Assembly (NCBI GenBank): GCA_947490345.1
Contig: CANLGL010000004.1
Location: forward strand, 7,147 to 71,146
Length of the DNA stretch: 64,000 nucleotides
From: Deltaproteobacteria bacterium
Lineage (GTDB): Bacteria; Myxococcota_A; UBA796; SXON01
Direction: 5' to 3'
Numbering within the stretch: the first letter of the stretch is position 1; each line of letters opens with the position of its first letter. Positions 1 to 8,541 of the stretch are shown here, piece by piece. The notes beneath the pieces were generated by a model. That model was not told where the DNA came from, ran no database searches, and saw only the letters and a program-made list of their open reading frames with translations. A program made the translations under genes and the position numbers.

Positions 1-465
1 CCCGAGGCTCGGGACTCACTCCTGGAGTTTCTATCATCGGAAAATGCACCCACGCGCATCGCCGCGCTCGCGGCGCTGGGCGAACGGAAGGACAAAACGA
101 CGTCTGGCCGCGTCGCCGCGCGACTGGAAGACAAGGCCCTGCTGGTGCAACAGGCCGCCGCCGACGCGCTCGCGCTGATCGGAGACCCGGCGACGCTCGC
201 TGACCTCGCACGCGCGCTCACCAATCCGGCGGGCACCTACCGTGGGGAGTCGATGTGGGTACGCCGCCATTTCGTCGAGGCCATGGGTGCGATCGGTACC
301 CAGGACGCGGTGCGGCACCTGGCCACGGCGCTGGCCGACAAGGACCTGACGGTCGTCGACGCGGCGGTGAACGGGCTGGAAAAGGTGGCCGGCTTCTCGT
401 ACGCACAAGGCAGAAGCCGCCCAGATGAGATCGAGGCGTGGACGCGGTGGAGCAAGGGCCGGTAA
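1..465 (+). CDS. HEAT-repeat protein, 5' end outside window
   Basis: Frame 1 is open from base 1 to TAA at 463-465. It shows repeated helical motifs (IAALAALGERKD, AADALALIGDPA, VEAMGAIGTQDAVRHLATAL, VVDAAVNGLEKV) typical of HEAT / PBS-lyase repeats. Confidence 0.7.
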   Translation, partial: PEARDSLLEFLSSENAPTRIAALAALGERKDKTTSGRVAARLEDKALLVQQAAADALALIGDPATLADLARALTNPAGTYRGESMWVRRHFVEAMGAIGTQDAVRHLATALADKDLTVVDAAVNGLEKVAGFSYAQGRSRPDEIEAWTRWSKGR

Positions 466-475
466 AGGGCCACGG

Positions 476-2014
476 ATGAGTCCATGGGGCCCACCTCGCG
501 GCGACGCAGTCGCGTTGGTCTCCGTCTACGACGTGGAGAACAATGCCGTTCGCCAGCTCGCGGCGGGGTTGCGGGCGGCGGGCAGGCGAGTCGTCGAGAT
601 CTACTTCAAGGACTGGCGCAACAACCGCTTCGAGGAGCCCATCGAGGCGGAGTTCAAGGCGCTGCTGTCGATCTTGGCGCAGGAGCGCGTCGGCCTCGTG
701 GCCATAAGCCTGCGCGCGAGCGCGTACGAAGCGGTGGTGCGCCAACTGGTGGGCGTGGTTCGCGGTCATACGAGTCTGCCTTGCGTCGTAGGTGGCTGGC
801 ATCCGACCGTACGCCCGGAATCGGTCATCGCCTTTGCGGACGCCATCGTTCGGGGTGAGGCCGATGTCAGCTTCCCGATCTTCGTAGAACGGTTCTTTTC
901 GTCTGATCCCTCGCTGCCGCTGACGCCCGGGACCTGGGTTCGCGTCGGCGGCGAGGTGCACAAGAACGCGCCGGTGCCACTGGTGGCTGAGCTCGATTCG
1001 GTGGCGTGGCGTGACTACGAATCGGGGGAAAAATGGACCATCGAGCGGCACGAGGTGATCCGTGGCGACCCCATGGCCACCGACCCGCTCTTTCAGGTCC
1101 TGTGCAGCATCGGCTGCATTCAAAAATGCAGTTTCTGTCACAATAGTTTTGATGACGGCGCCCCAGGTGCCCGCCTGCGGTTCCGGACCGTGAGCTCCGT
1201 CCTGGACGAGCTTGCGGAGCGCCGACGACGCAACCCCCGCATCCGCCGCGTTCGCTTCGACGACGAGATCTTCGGTATTGATCGCCGGTGGTTGCGCGAG
1301 TTCGCCGAACGGTATCCGCGGGAGGTCGGCCTCCCCTTCGACTTTCTCACCGAACCGACCGTGGTGAGCGAAGAATATGCGTCGCTGATGGCCAAGGCCG
1401 GCGGCCAGTGGGTGCACATGGGCATTCAAAGCACGGAAGCGGTCAACCGTGAGCAGCTGTCGCGGCGGGCGGACCGGGCGACAACCGCGGCGGCGGTGGA
1501 GCGCCTCACCCGCCACGGCATCCGCATCCGCTACCTCACGATGGTCGATATTCCGGGCGTGACCGACGAGCAGAAGCGCGAACTATTCGAGTTCTTCCAA
1601 CAACTTCCTCGCCCCTGGGATCTGTACCTCTTTTCGCTCACCCACTTCCCCGGCAGCCAAATGGTCGAGGACCTGCTGTCGAGCGGAACCCTCGACCCGG
1701 CCGAAGTGGAGGGCACCGCGCGCAAGACGTTTTCGCAGTACCGGGTGGAGCTGAGCTGGCCCCGAGAGCCCGACGACACCTGGTGGATTGCGCTGTACGT
1801 GCTCCAGGCCAGCGGCGTCGTGCCCCGACGCATCACCGAGCTGCTCGCCAGGTCGGGGTTCGCGCGTGGGAAACCGCGTCCACTGGTGCTGGCCGCCCAC
1901 GCAGCCACGCTGCTAAAAACCGCGCAGGTGGCGGCCCGGATGGTCCGCAACGGCGAGTTGACGCCCACGCTCGTTCGTCGCTGGTGGAACCCCGTTTCGA
2001 TGGTGACCATGTGA
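476..2014 (+). CDS. B12-binding-domain radical SAM protein
   Basis: CxxxCxxC cluster motif in CSIGCIQKCSFCHN. The N-terminal region is Rossmann-like, as in cobalamin-binding rSAMs. ATG 476 lies 10 nt after the HEAT stop; the listed ORF start at 425 would overlap it. Confidence 0.85.
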   Translation: MSPWGPPRGDAVALVSVYDVENNAVRQLAAGLRAAGRRVVEIYFKDWRNNRFEEPIEAEFKALLSILAQERVGLVAISLRASAYEAVVRQLVGVVRGHTSLPCVVGGWHPTVRPESVIAFADAIVRGEADVSFPIFVERFFSSDPSLPLTPGTWVRVGGEVHKNAPVPLVAELDSVAWRDYESGEKWTIERHEVIRGDPMATDPLFQVLCSIGCIQKCSFCHNSFDDGAPGARLRFRTVSSVLDELAERRRRNPRIRRVRFDDEIFGIDRRWLREFAERYPREVGLPFDFLTEPTVVSEEYASLMAKAGGQWVHMGIQSTEAVNREQLSRRADRATTAAAVERLTRHGIRIRYLTMVDIPGVTDEQKRELFEFFQQLPRPWDLYLFSLTHFPGSQMVEDLLSSGTLDPAEVEGTARKTFSQYRVELSWPREPDDTWWIALYVLQASGVVPRRITELLARSGFARGKPRPLVLAAHAATLLKTAQVAARMVRNGELTPTLVRRWWNPVSMVTM

Positions 2015-3570
2015 AGTGGGCGCTGCCCGCCGCGCTGGTCGGGCTGGCGGCCGCGTTGGCGGCAACCTGGCCGGCGGCGCTGACCTGGTCCACGCACAGC
2101 ATCGTACCCCTCGGATACGCGGATGTGCAGGCCGGGCTGTGGTGGCCCAAACAGGTCGGCGACGCCTTGCTCACCGGGGCGAATCCATTTGTGGCGAGGG
2201 GTTCTTTCTGGCCCGCGGGCCAGGACGTCACCCTCCTGGTCTGGAACGTGCTCGCCGAGCTGTTGATCTGGCCGCTCTGGCAACTGTTCCCGCCCCACGC
2301 CGCCCTGAACCTCGCCGCCTTCGCGGCCGCCGCGGTCAACGCCGTGGCGTGTGCGGCCGCCGCGCGTCGGCTCGGGGCGGCAGCTCTGGAGACTCTCGCC
2401 GCCGCCGCCCTGGCCGGTGGCAGTCACTTCGCGTTCGTCGAGATGGTGAACGGCCGGATTGAGCAGGCCTTCTGGGGGCCGGTGGCGCTGTTCCTGGCGG
2501 AGCTCGTCGCGCGGGATCAGCGTCCGATGCGCGCCGGGGTCTGGCTGGGAGTCGCCGCGGCGGTCTATTGGTTCTACGGCTACTTCCTCCTCTTGATCAC
2601 GCTTGCGTGGCTGGCGGGTCATCGTTCCCGTGCGGCGGCCGAGGGGGTCTTGAAGCTCGGCGTGACCTCGCTCGTGGTGGCCGGGCCGTTTCTGGCGCCC
2701 GTGCTCTGGGCGCTCGCGCATGGAGGTCCGAAGCGAGCGGGCGAGAACACCCTGCTCTCGCAGGCTGCAGGAAGCGTACCGGTGCCGGAGGGCCTGTTCT
2801 GGCCGCTGGGGGGAGTCGAGCCGGCCTTCGCGGCACAGGCCGTGCCGTTGTTGCTGCTTCCGGGCGGGGCGTGGGCGGTGCTTCGCGGTGCCGGACCCCT
2901 CCGCTGGCTCGGCGGCATCGTGGTTTCAGCGGTTGTGCTGTCGTTAGGCCCCGCGCTGGTCGGCGCGCACGGGGCACCGCTGGCGGTCCAGGTGTGGATG
3001 CCGCAGGCGCTCCTCAACGGGCTACCCGGAATGGGACGGTTCTGGTGGTCCTACCGGTGGTTGACGGTGGCGATTCCGGCGTTCATCCTCGTTGTGGTGG
3101 TAAGCAGCCTCCGCCCCCGCCTGCTGGCGCTCTTGGTGCTCGGTTGTTTCGTCGAGTCGGCGTCGCTCTTGCGCGGAGGCACCCTGACGCGTCCGCTCCC
3201 TCGACAGGGCGTCCGGCCGCCCCCCGAGGTGGCCGAGCTGAAGGAAAACCCTGGAGAGTTCCCGGTTCTGATCCTGCCCACCGGCGACGTGCACGCGATC
3301 CACCTCGGCTACACCGCCTGGTTCGACCAGCCGACGAGCCTCGGCCTTGGCGGCCACCTGCCGGGGGTCGCTCCTCTCGGGTATGCCGAGCGCTTCAGCC
3401 CCGAAGACACCGGGGAGTTCCGGTACGTGCTGCTATTCTATCGCGACGCCAGGCCCGGGAGTCGGACCCACGACGCCCAGACCAGCGAGCTCGACCGGCG
3501 GCTGCGCGTCCGCCTCGGTGCACCGGTGGCCCACAACGACATCGCCGCGTGGTGGCGAGTCCCCGACTAG
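2011..3570 (+). CDS. Polytopic integral membrane protein, function unknown
   Basis: GTG at 2011 overlaps the rSAM TGA at 2012-2014 (GTGA). There are many hydrophobic segments rich in W, L and A, followed by a soluble C-terminal tail. The upstream part of listed ORF 1783..3570 is out-of-frame read-through of the rSAM gene. Confidence 0.6.
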   Translation: MKWALPAALVGLAAALAATWPAALTWSTHSIVPLGYADVQAGLWWPKQVGDALLTGANPFVARGSFWPAGQDVTLLVWNVLAELLIWPLWQLFPPHAALNLAAFAAAAVNAVACAAAARRLGAAALETLAAAALAGGSHFAFVEMVNGRIEQAFWGPVALFLAELVARDQRPMRAGVWLGVAAAVYWFYGYFLLLITLAWLAGHRSRAAAEGVLKLGVTSLVVAGPFLAPVLWALAHGGPKRAGENTLLSQAAGSVPVPEGLFWPLGGVEPAFAAQAVPLLLLPGGAWAVLRGAGPLRWLGGIVVSAVVLSLGPALVGAHGAPLAVQVWMPQALLNGLPGMGRFWWSYRWLTVAIPAFILVVVVSSLRPRLLALLVLGCFVESASLLRGGTLTRPLPRQGVRPPPEVAELKENPGEFPVLILPTGDVHAIHLGYTAWFDQPTSLGLGGHLPGVAPLGYAERFSPEDTGEFRYVLLFYRDARPGSRTHDAQTSELDRRLRVRLGAPVAHNDIAAWWRVPD

Positions 3571-3587
3571 CAGCGTACCCTTCCCCC

Positions 3588-4235
3588 ATGTGGCCCTTTC
3601 TGTTCATGACCGCGGCAGCGGCCGCTGACGTAGCCGTCGTCCTCGGTTGCCCATCGGAGGACGACGGAGGCGTCTCCGACTGCCAGTGGCGACGAGCGGC
3701 TTGGGCGGCACGCCTGTACCACCAGGGCGCGTATTCCTATGTGATCACGTCAGGGAGCGCCGTGGCCAACGCGTTTGTCGAGGCCGACGCCATCGCGATT
3801 GCGCTCGAGCACTTCGGGGTACCCGGCGAGAAGATCCTCCGGGAGCGCGACGCGATGCACACCGACCAGAACGTGGCCTGGTCGCTGACCATGGCCGAGA
3901 GCCGCGGTTTCCAGAGCGTCCTCATCACCAGCGATGGCCGCCACCCGGGCTACGGTTGCCGGCTAGCGGTCCACTGGACGACGCTGCCCTGCGAAGCGTC
4001 CTCCATCGACTACGGAAGCATCGCCACCCTGCTCGTCGCGGGGCCGCCGGTCGGTCTGCGTACCGCGGCGGTGGCTGGATGGGAGCCGCTCCGAAAGCGA
4101 GAGCGGGCGATCGCGCGTGCCACGAAGCGTCCGGTCCGGCCGCCCTCATGGTGGGTCTACTCCATGCAGGTCGTGTTCGAATCCGCACGGAAGCGGCCAG
4201 CGGACCTGCCGGCGAGCCTGCGCATCCCCGCTTGA
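3588..4235 (+). CDS. DUF218 / YdcF-SanA family protein
   Basis: ATG at 3588. VVLGCPSEDDG ... ITSG ... EADAIAIALEHFGVPGEKILRERDAMHTDQN matches my recollection of the YdcF-like pattern (VLGg ... EA..m...l...Gvp...I..e..s.nT.eN). Confidence 0.6.
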   Translation: MWPFLFMTAAAAADVAVVLGCPSEDDGGVSDCQWRRAAWAARLYHQGAYSYVITSGSAVANAFVEADAIAIALEHFGVPGEKILRERDAMHTDQNVAWSLTMAESRGFQSVLITSDGRHPGYGCRLAVHWTTLPCEASSIDYGSIATLLVAGPPVGLRTAAVAGWEPLRKRERAIARATKRPVRPPSWWVYSMQVVFESARKRPADLPASLRIPA

Positions 4236-4239
4236 CCGC

Positions 4240-4734
4240 TCAGCGAGCCTTCCGCACCAGCGATTCCAGCTCCGATTCGGTGAGCGTCCCGCTCTTGACG
4301 CCCTTGATGTTGCCTTCTTTGTCGATGACAAAGGTGGTCGGGAAAACCGTCACGCCCCAGCTGGAGACCACATCGGAGGTCGTCTCCAGCACGTCGTAAC
4401 GAATTCCTAAACGGCGGGCGGCCGTCTCAAGCGTCCCGCCGGAACCCGAATTCACCGCCAGGCCCAGAACACGCACATCAGGATGTGCTTCGGCCCATCT
4501 GTTGATCTCGGGAATCTCCGCGCGACAGGGGGCGCACCAACTTCCCCAGAAGTTCACCACCACCACGGACCCCTTCAGCTCTTCGAGGGACGTGGTCCCC
4601 CCCGCAACGTTGGCCAGCGCAAAGGCGGGCGCCGCCCCGGAGGGCTTGCCCAACCCATCGAACAGCGAGGCGCCGGCGATGAGAGCAAGCGCCACGCCGA
4701 TGGCCAGAGCCCAGTCCTGCAAGAGGCGCTTCAC
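4240..4734 (-). CDS. TlpA/ResA-like thiol:disulfide oxidoreductase (thioredoxin fold), membrane anchored
   Basis: WCAPC active site in VVVNFWGSWCAPCRAEIPE, with one N-terminal TM segment. The GTG start at 4734 was verified as cac on the + strand; the longer listed ORF is antisense read-through. Confidence 0.8.
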   Translation of the reverse strand: MKRLLQDWALAIGVALALIAGASLFDGLGKPSGAAPAFALANVAGGTTSLEELKGSVVVVNFWGSWCAPCRAEIPEINRWAEAHPDVRVLGLAVNSGSGGTLETAARRLGIRYDVLETTSDVVSSWGVTVFPTTFVIDKEGNIKGVKSGTLTESELESLVRKAR

Positions 4735-4831
4735 TCCGACAAGGTATGCCCCTGCGGCGCGTTGGCCACTCTCAGCAACGAATGCTGACCTTCGGCCTCG
4801 CTCTTGACAAGTCAACCCGCTAGAGGGCCAC

Positions 4832-6286
4832 ATGAACATCGTCTTCACGGCGATCGTGCTCTTGAGCTTCGGCTTCGCCGCGTTCACCGGCTCGCCGGCG
4901 CACGAGGGAACGGTCCGCGGCGTCGAGGCGACCGTGGTCATCAAGGGCTCGACCGGGCCGGCCTCGGCGGTCGTCAACGTGGGCGGTACCGCGATGATCG
5001 AGGTCGGGGGGACCCGGTGGCCCGCCAAGGTGCTCAAGGTTGAGAAGCAAACCGAAGGAGGCCTGGAGCGAACGGTCGCGACGCTCCAAACGCTCGCCAA
5101 GGACGGGCCCGCGCGGGTGCGCTTCGACGACCAGTACGCGATGAAATTGGTGTCGACGCAAGCGCTGCTGTCCGCGAAGAACTCCATGACCCTGGTCCTG
5201 GATCTGGTCGGCGCCATGACGCTTTTCCTCGGCCTGATGAAGGTCGTCGAGGCCGCCGGCGGGCTCGACATGGTCGCCAAAGCCATCCGACCGGTCCTCG
5301 CCCTGCTGTTTCCCGACGTGCCGGCTCGCCACCCCGCGATGGGCGCGATCGTGATGAACATCGCGGCGAACGTGCTGGGGCTCGGCAACGCCGCCACCCC
5401 CTTCGGCATCCGGGCGATGGAAGAGCTCGACAAGCTCAACAAAGAAAAGGGCACGGCCACCAATGCCATGGTTCTTTTTCTCGCGATCAACACGTCGGGC
5501 GTCGCCGTACTCCCGACCGGCGTGATGGCGGTTCGGGCCGCAGCCGGCGGCCACGACCCCGCGGCGATCTTCCCGACGACGCTCGCCGCCAGCTTCGTGA
5601 ACACGGTCATCGCCGTCCTCGCTGCCAAGGCTTTTTCCCGTCTGGTGAGCCCGAACCCGACTGAGCCCGTGGAGCGCGAGCCGGTCCGCGCGTTCGAGTT
5701 GGTCCCGCTCCTGGGAGCCGTCGGCGCCATGGCGGCGCTGATGGTGGCAGTGAAGATGAACCCGGTCGCCGGCGACTGGATCGTTCCCGGGCTGATCGCA
5801 GGCATGGTGGCCTTCGGCGCCATCCGCAAGGTGAAGGTCTACGAGGTCTTCATCGAGGGCGCGCGCGACGGGTTCGCCTCCGCAACGCGCATCCTGCCGT
5901 ACGTCGTCGCGATCCTGGTGGCGGTCGCCATGTTCCGGTGGAGCGGGGGCATGGAGCTCTTCGTACGGGGCCTGGCGCCGATCGCCGAGGCGGTGGGGAT
6001 GCCCCCCGAGGTGCTGCCGCTCGCCTTGCTGCGGCCCCTGTCGGGCTCGGGGGCCTACGCGCTCACGGCGGAGCTGACCAAGACCTACGGGCCAGACAGC
6101 TTCATCGCCAACGTCGCCGGCACGATGCAAGGCACGACTGAGACGACCTTCTACGTGCTCGCGGTCTACTTCGGCGCGGTGGGCGTGCGTCGCTACCGCC
6201 ATGCAGTCGCGACAGGGCTCGCGAGCGACATCAGCGGCATGTTGGCCAGCGTGTTCTTCGTGCGGTGGCTGATCGGCAGCGAGTGA
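4832..6286 (+). CDS. Nucleoside-recognition (Gate) domain membrane protein, SpmA/SpmB-like fusion
   Basis: GAIVMNIAANVLGLGNAATPFGIRAMEEL and a second half PLSGSGAYALTAEL ... VLAVYFGAVGVRRYRHAV resemble SpmA and SpmB. GAGGG lies 4 nt upstream of the ATG. Confidence 0.7.
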   Translation: MNIVFTAIVLLSFGFAAFTGSPAHEGTVRGVEATVVIKGSTGPASAVVNVGGTAMIEVGGTRWPAKVLKVEKQTEGGLERTVATLQTLAKDGPARVRFDDQYAMKLVSTQALLSAKNSMTLVLDLVGAMTLFLGLMKVVEAAGGLDMVAKAIRPVLALLFPDVPARHPAMGAIVMNIAANVLGLGNAATPFGIRAMEELDKLNKEKGTATNAMVLFLAINTSGVAVLPTGVMAVRAAAGGHDPAAIFPTTLAASFVNTVIAVLAAKAFSRLVSPNPTEPVEREPVRAFELVPLLGAVGAMAALMVAVKMNPVAGDWIVPGLIAGMVAFGAIRKVKVYEVFIEGARDGFASATRILPYVVAILVAVAMFRWSGGMELFVRGLAPIAEAVGMPPEVLPLALLRPLSGSGAYALTAELTKTYGPDSFIANVAGTMQGTTETTFYVLAVYFGAVGVRRYRHAVATGLASDISGMLASVFFVRWLIGSE

Positions 6287-6289
6287 GGC

Positions 6290-6646
6290 TTACTGGGACA
6301 GCGCCGCGCCGCCGATGGCCAGGAAAATGACCACGATGTAGGCCAGGATGAAGAACGCGTAGAGCAGGACGAAGCAGCACCACGCACAACAAATGAGCCC
6401 GCCCACCAGTCCCGAGACAAGTCCCGCGGTCGCCATCGCCCGGTCGCGTTCATCGGTGGCCGTTTGAAGGACTTTATTGGCGTTCCAGGCTGCGTATAGG
6501 CCAAGGAACGCGCCGATGAAGTACGGGATGTAGCACGCGCACATGCCCATGGCCGCGCAGACCGTTGCGATGATGCCGTTCCACATCACGCGGGATGGGA
6601 GATCGGCCGCAGGCGCCGTTTCGACGTATCCGTAGGGGTCGGCCAT
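6290..6646 (-). CDS. Small Cys-rich two-TM membrane protein
   Basis: ATG at 6646 verified. MADPYGYVE... is followed by two hydrophobic segments with CC/CAWCC clusters. The family assignment (CD225- or DUF4190-like) is a guess. Confidence 0.5.
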   Translation of the reverse strand: MADPYGYVETAPAADLPSRVMWNGIIATVCAAMGMCACYIPYFIGAFLGLYAAWNANKVLQTATDERDRAMATAGLVSGLVGGLICCAWCCFVLLYAFFILAYIVVIFLAIGGAALSQ

Positions 6647-6654
6647 GGCGGAAG

Positions 6655-8067
6655 CTACCCCGTCGGTCGCAGCGAGGCGAAAAGCGCGCGGGCTTCGACC
6701 TCGCCGATCTCGGGGAGTGGGAGGCGACCGCCGGGAAACCACACCACCAGCCTGGCCAACCCGGCGGCCCGCGCGATCGGGCCCTGGACCCAGTGCACAG
6801 ATTGCACCTTTTCTCTCGGCAAGACCCAGGTGTCCCTCGACAAGAACCCCCGTCGAACCACAATGAATCGTTCCGTGACGCGCCATCCCTGCCGTCGCGC
6901 ATCCAACATTCCCATCCCGCCACCGAGGCCCAGGAGCAGCCACGCCCACGGCGTACCGAACCAGAACGCCGCGCCCGCCGCCGGTCCCAACCAGCCCAGG
7001 ACCCCGCGAAGCACCGCCCTGCCGACGGCCCGGGGCGCGCAGGGAAGTAAGTCGCCGTCGATGGGCGTGTCCAGCCGCGGAAATGCGGCGCGCACCCGGC
7101 TGACCACATCCTCCCGCGCGACCATCGGAACCAGCGCCTCCGCCGAGCCGCCCGCCTCTGGAACCGCGGCGGCAGCGGTCTCAAAGAGCATGGTCGCGAA
7201 ACCCATGGCCCGGCGGACGATCGGCTCGGTAATCTGGACCAACTGGAGCTTGCGAATCGGAATGTCCATGCGGCGGCGGGTCAAAAGACCGCTTTCGAAA
7301 TGGAAATCCCCTCCGGATTGCCACCACCGGAACCGGTAGAAACGCAGGATCGCGCCCCCCGCGCTGAGCGTGTAGCCACCCGCGAGCGCGACGAGCATCA
7401 GTCCCGCCCAGCTGTGCCGCCCGAGGTTCTGTACCGGCAAGGCGCCGGGCGACACCTGGTTCGCGACGTCGAGGAACAAGCCGATCGCCACCACCGCCGC
7501 GCCGACCCGACCCGCTGACACGCCGTAGCCAACCACCTCCAGAAGCCCGACGGCGTCGATCACATCGACGTCGGCCGCTTGGGCATCGACGGCCGCGCCG
7601 GTGCGCCCGAGGGCCTTACGCAGCGCCTCGGCCTCCGGGATCGAAAGCGCCGACAGCATGCCGTCGACGGGCGCTGAGCCCGCGCCCGCCATTTCGATCC
7701 GCAACTCCACCAGGCCGGCCATCCGATGGAAGACGTTCTGCTCCAGCGACACGTTCTGGATTCGCGCTGGGTCGAGTGCTTGCTCGACCCGCGAGATGAG
7801 TCCTTGCTGGATCTCCAGCCTCCCGTGCGCAAAACGATAGCGCAAGGTGGCGAAGTGCAGGACCGTTCGCACCGCGGCGAGCGCGAAGAAGCTGGCCACC
7901 AGGATCAGATCCACCAGCCCGGTGATGCTCTTGGAGAAGACCATCGCCAACAAAAGCGGCCACACCCGCTGCAACGTGCGCCACGCCGTCGGGATGAGAT
8001 TGACCAGGAGGGAGGCCGGGTGCAGCCGGCGCCATGGGACGGATTCGTCAGACCCCATCGTCAACAT
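6655..8067 (-). CDS. YdbT-like membrane protein with repeated bacterial PH (bPH_2) domains
   Basis: Repeated TM-hairpin plus motifs such as RYRFAHGRLEIQQGLISRVEQALDPARIQNVSLEQNVFHR. The ATG (8067 or 8058) overlaps the stop of the upstream ydbS-like gene. Confidence 0.7.
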   Translation of the reverse strand: MLTMGSDESVPWRRLHPASLLVNLIPTAWRTLQRVWPLLLAMVFSKSITGLVDLILVASFFALAAVRTVLHFATLRYRFAHGRLEIQQGLISRVEQALDPARIQNVSLEQNVFHRMAGLVELRIEMAGAGSAPVDGMLSALSIPEAEALRKALGRTGAAVDAQAADVDVIDAVGLLEVVGYGVSAGRVGAAVVAIGLFLDVANQVSPGALPVQNLGRHSWAGLMLVALAGGYTLSAGGAILRFYRFRWWQSGGDFHFESGLLTRRRMDIPIRKLQLVQITEPIVRRAMGFATMLFETAAAAVPEAGGSAEALVPMVAREDVVSRVRAAFPRLDTPIDGDLLPCAPRAVGRAVLRGVLGWLGPAAGAAFWFGTPWAWLLLGLGGGMGMLDARRQGWRVTERFIVVRRGFLSRDTWVLPREKVQSVHWVQGPIARAAGLARLVVWFPGGRLPLPEIGEVEARALFASLRPTG

Positions 8068-8521
8068 CGCGGCCGGCGCGCGCGAGCTGGTCACGCAGGC
8101 GCACGGCCTCCTCGGCGTCGAGTCCCGGCAAAGACGCGTCCGCCGACAGCCCCGCGCCCGTGTATACAAGCAATCGCGACACATCGAGCCAGCGCTCCCA
8201 GAACGCCTGCCGGGTGTCGACGTGCTGAATGCGGTCACGCGGCACCGAAATCGTCTGTCGGAAGAGCACGCCCTGCTCGACGATCAGCTCGTGCGCGCGC
8301 ACCTCATAGCGAAAATTGCGGAACGCGAGCGCCGGCCATATCAGCGCCCGAAGCACCAGGAACAGCGCCAACGAGGCGATTCCGGCTACGGCAGCAACGA
8401 AGCCAACCTGCGTGCCCAGAACCCAACCCAGCCCGGCGTAGATCGGCAACCACGAGGTCACGACCGCGGTCAGCGCCTCAAAGCGCCAAAGGGTGACGAC
8501 GCGGGGGTCGAGCGAGTGCAC
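8048..8521 (-). CDS. YdbS-like PH-domain membrane protein
   Basis: FRNFRYEVRAHELIVEQGVLFRQTISVPRDRIQHVDTRQAFWERWLDVSRLLVYT is the bPH_2 signature. It pairs with the downstream YdbT-like gene. Confidence 0.7.
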   Translation of the reverse strand: MHSLDPRVVTLWRFEALTAVVTSWLPIYAGLGWVLGTQVGFVAAVAGIASLALFLVLRALIWPALAFRNFRYEVRAHELIVEQGVLFRQTISVPRDRIQHVDTRQAFWERWLDVSRLLVYTGAGLSADASLPGLDAEEAVRLRDQLARAGRDVDDGV

Positions 8522-8541
8522 GGCGGGAGCCTATGCCGCCG

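Noticed and set aside
218-1516. Long opposite-strand ORFs overlapping strong genes, for example 218..1516(-), 1531..2721(-), 4820..6202(-), 27809..29551(-), 38061..40187(+), 53275..54708(-, upstream part) and 60064..61332(+).
   Set aside because: Their products are Arg/Pro/Gly-rich with no motifs. They are the antisense or out-of-frame shadows expected in GC-rich DNA, and each overlaps a gene with clear family signatures.
4804-4815. The TTGACAAGTCAA palindrome upstream of the SpmA/B-like gene as an operator.
   Set aside because: It has only 5-bp arms and a single occurrence. It may simply contain a TTGACA -35 box, and there is not enough evidence to call it.
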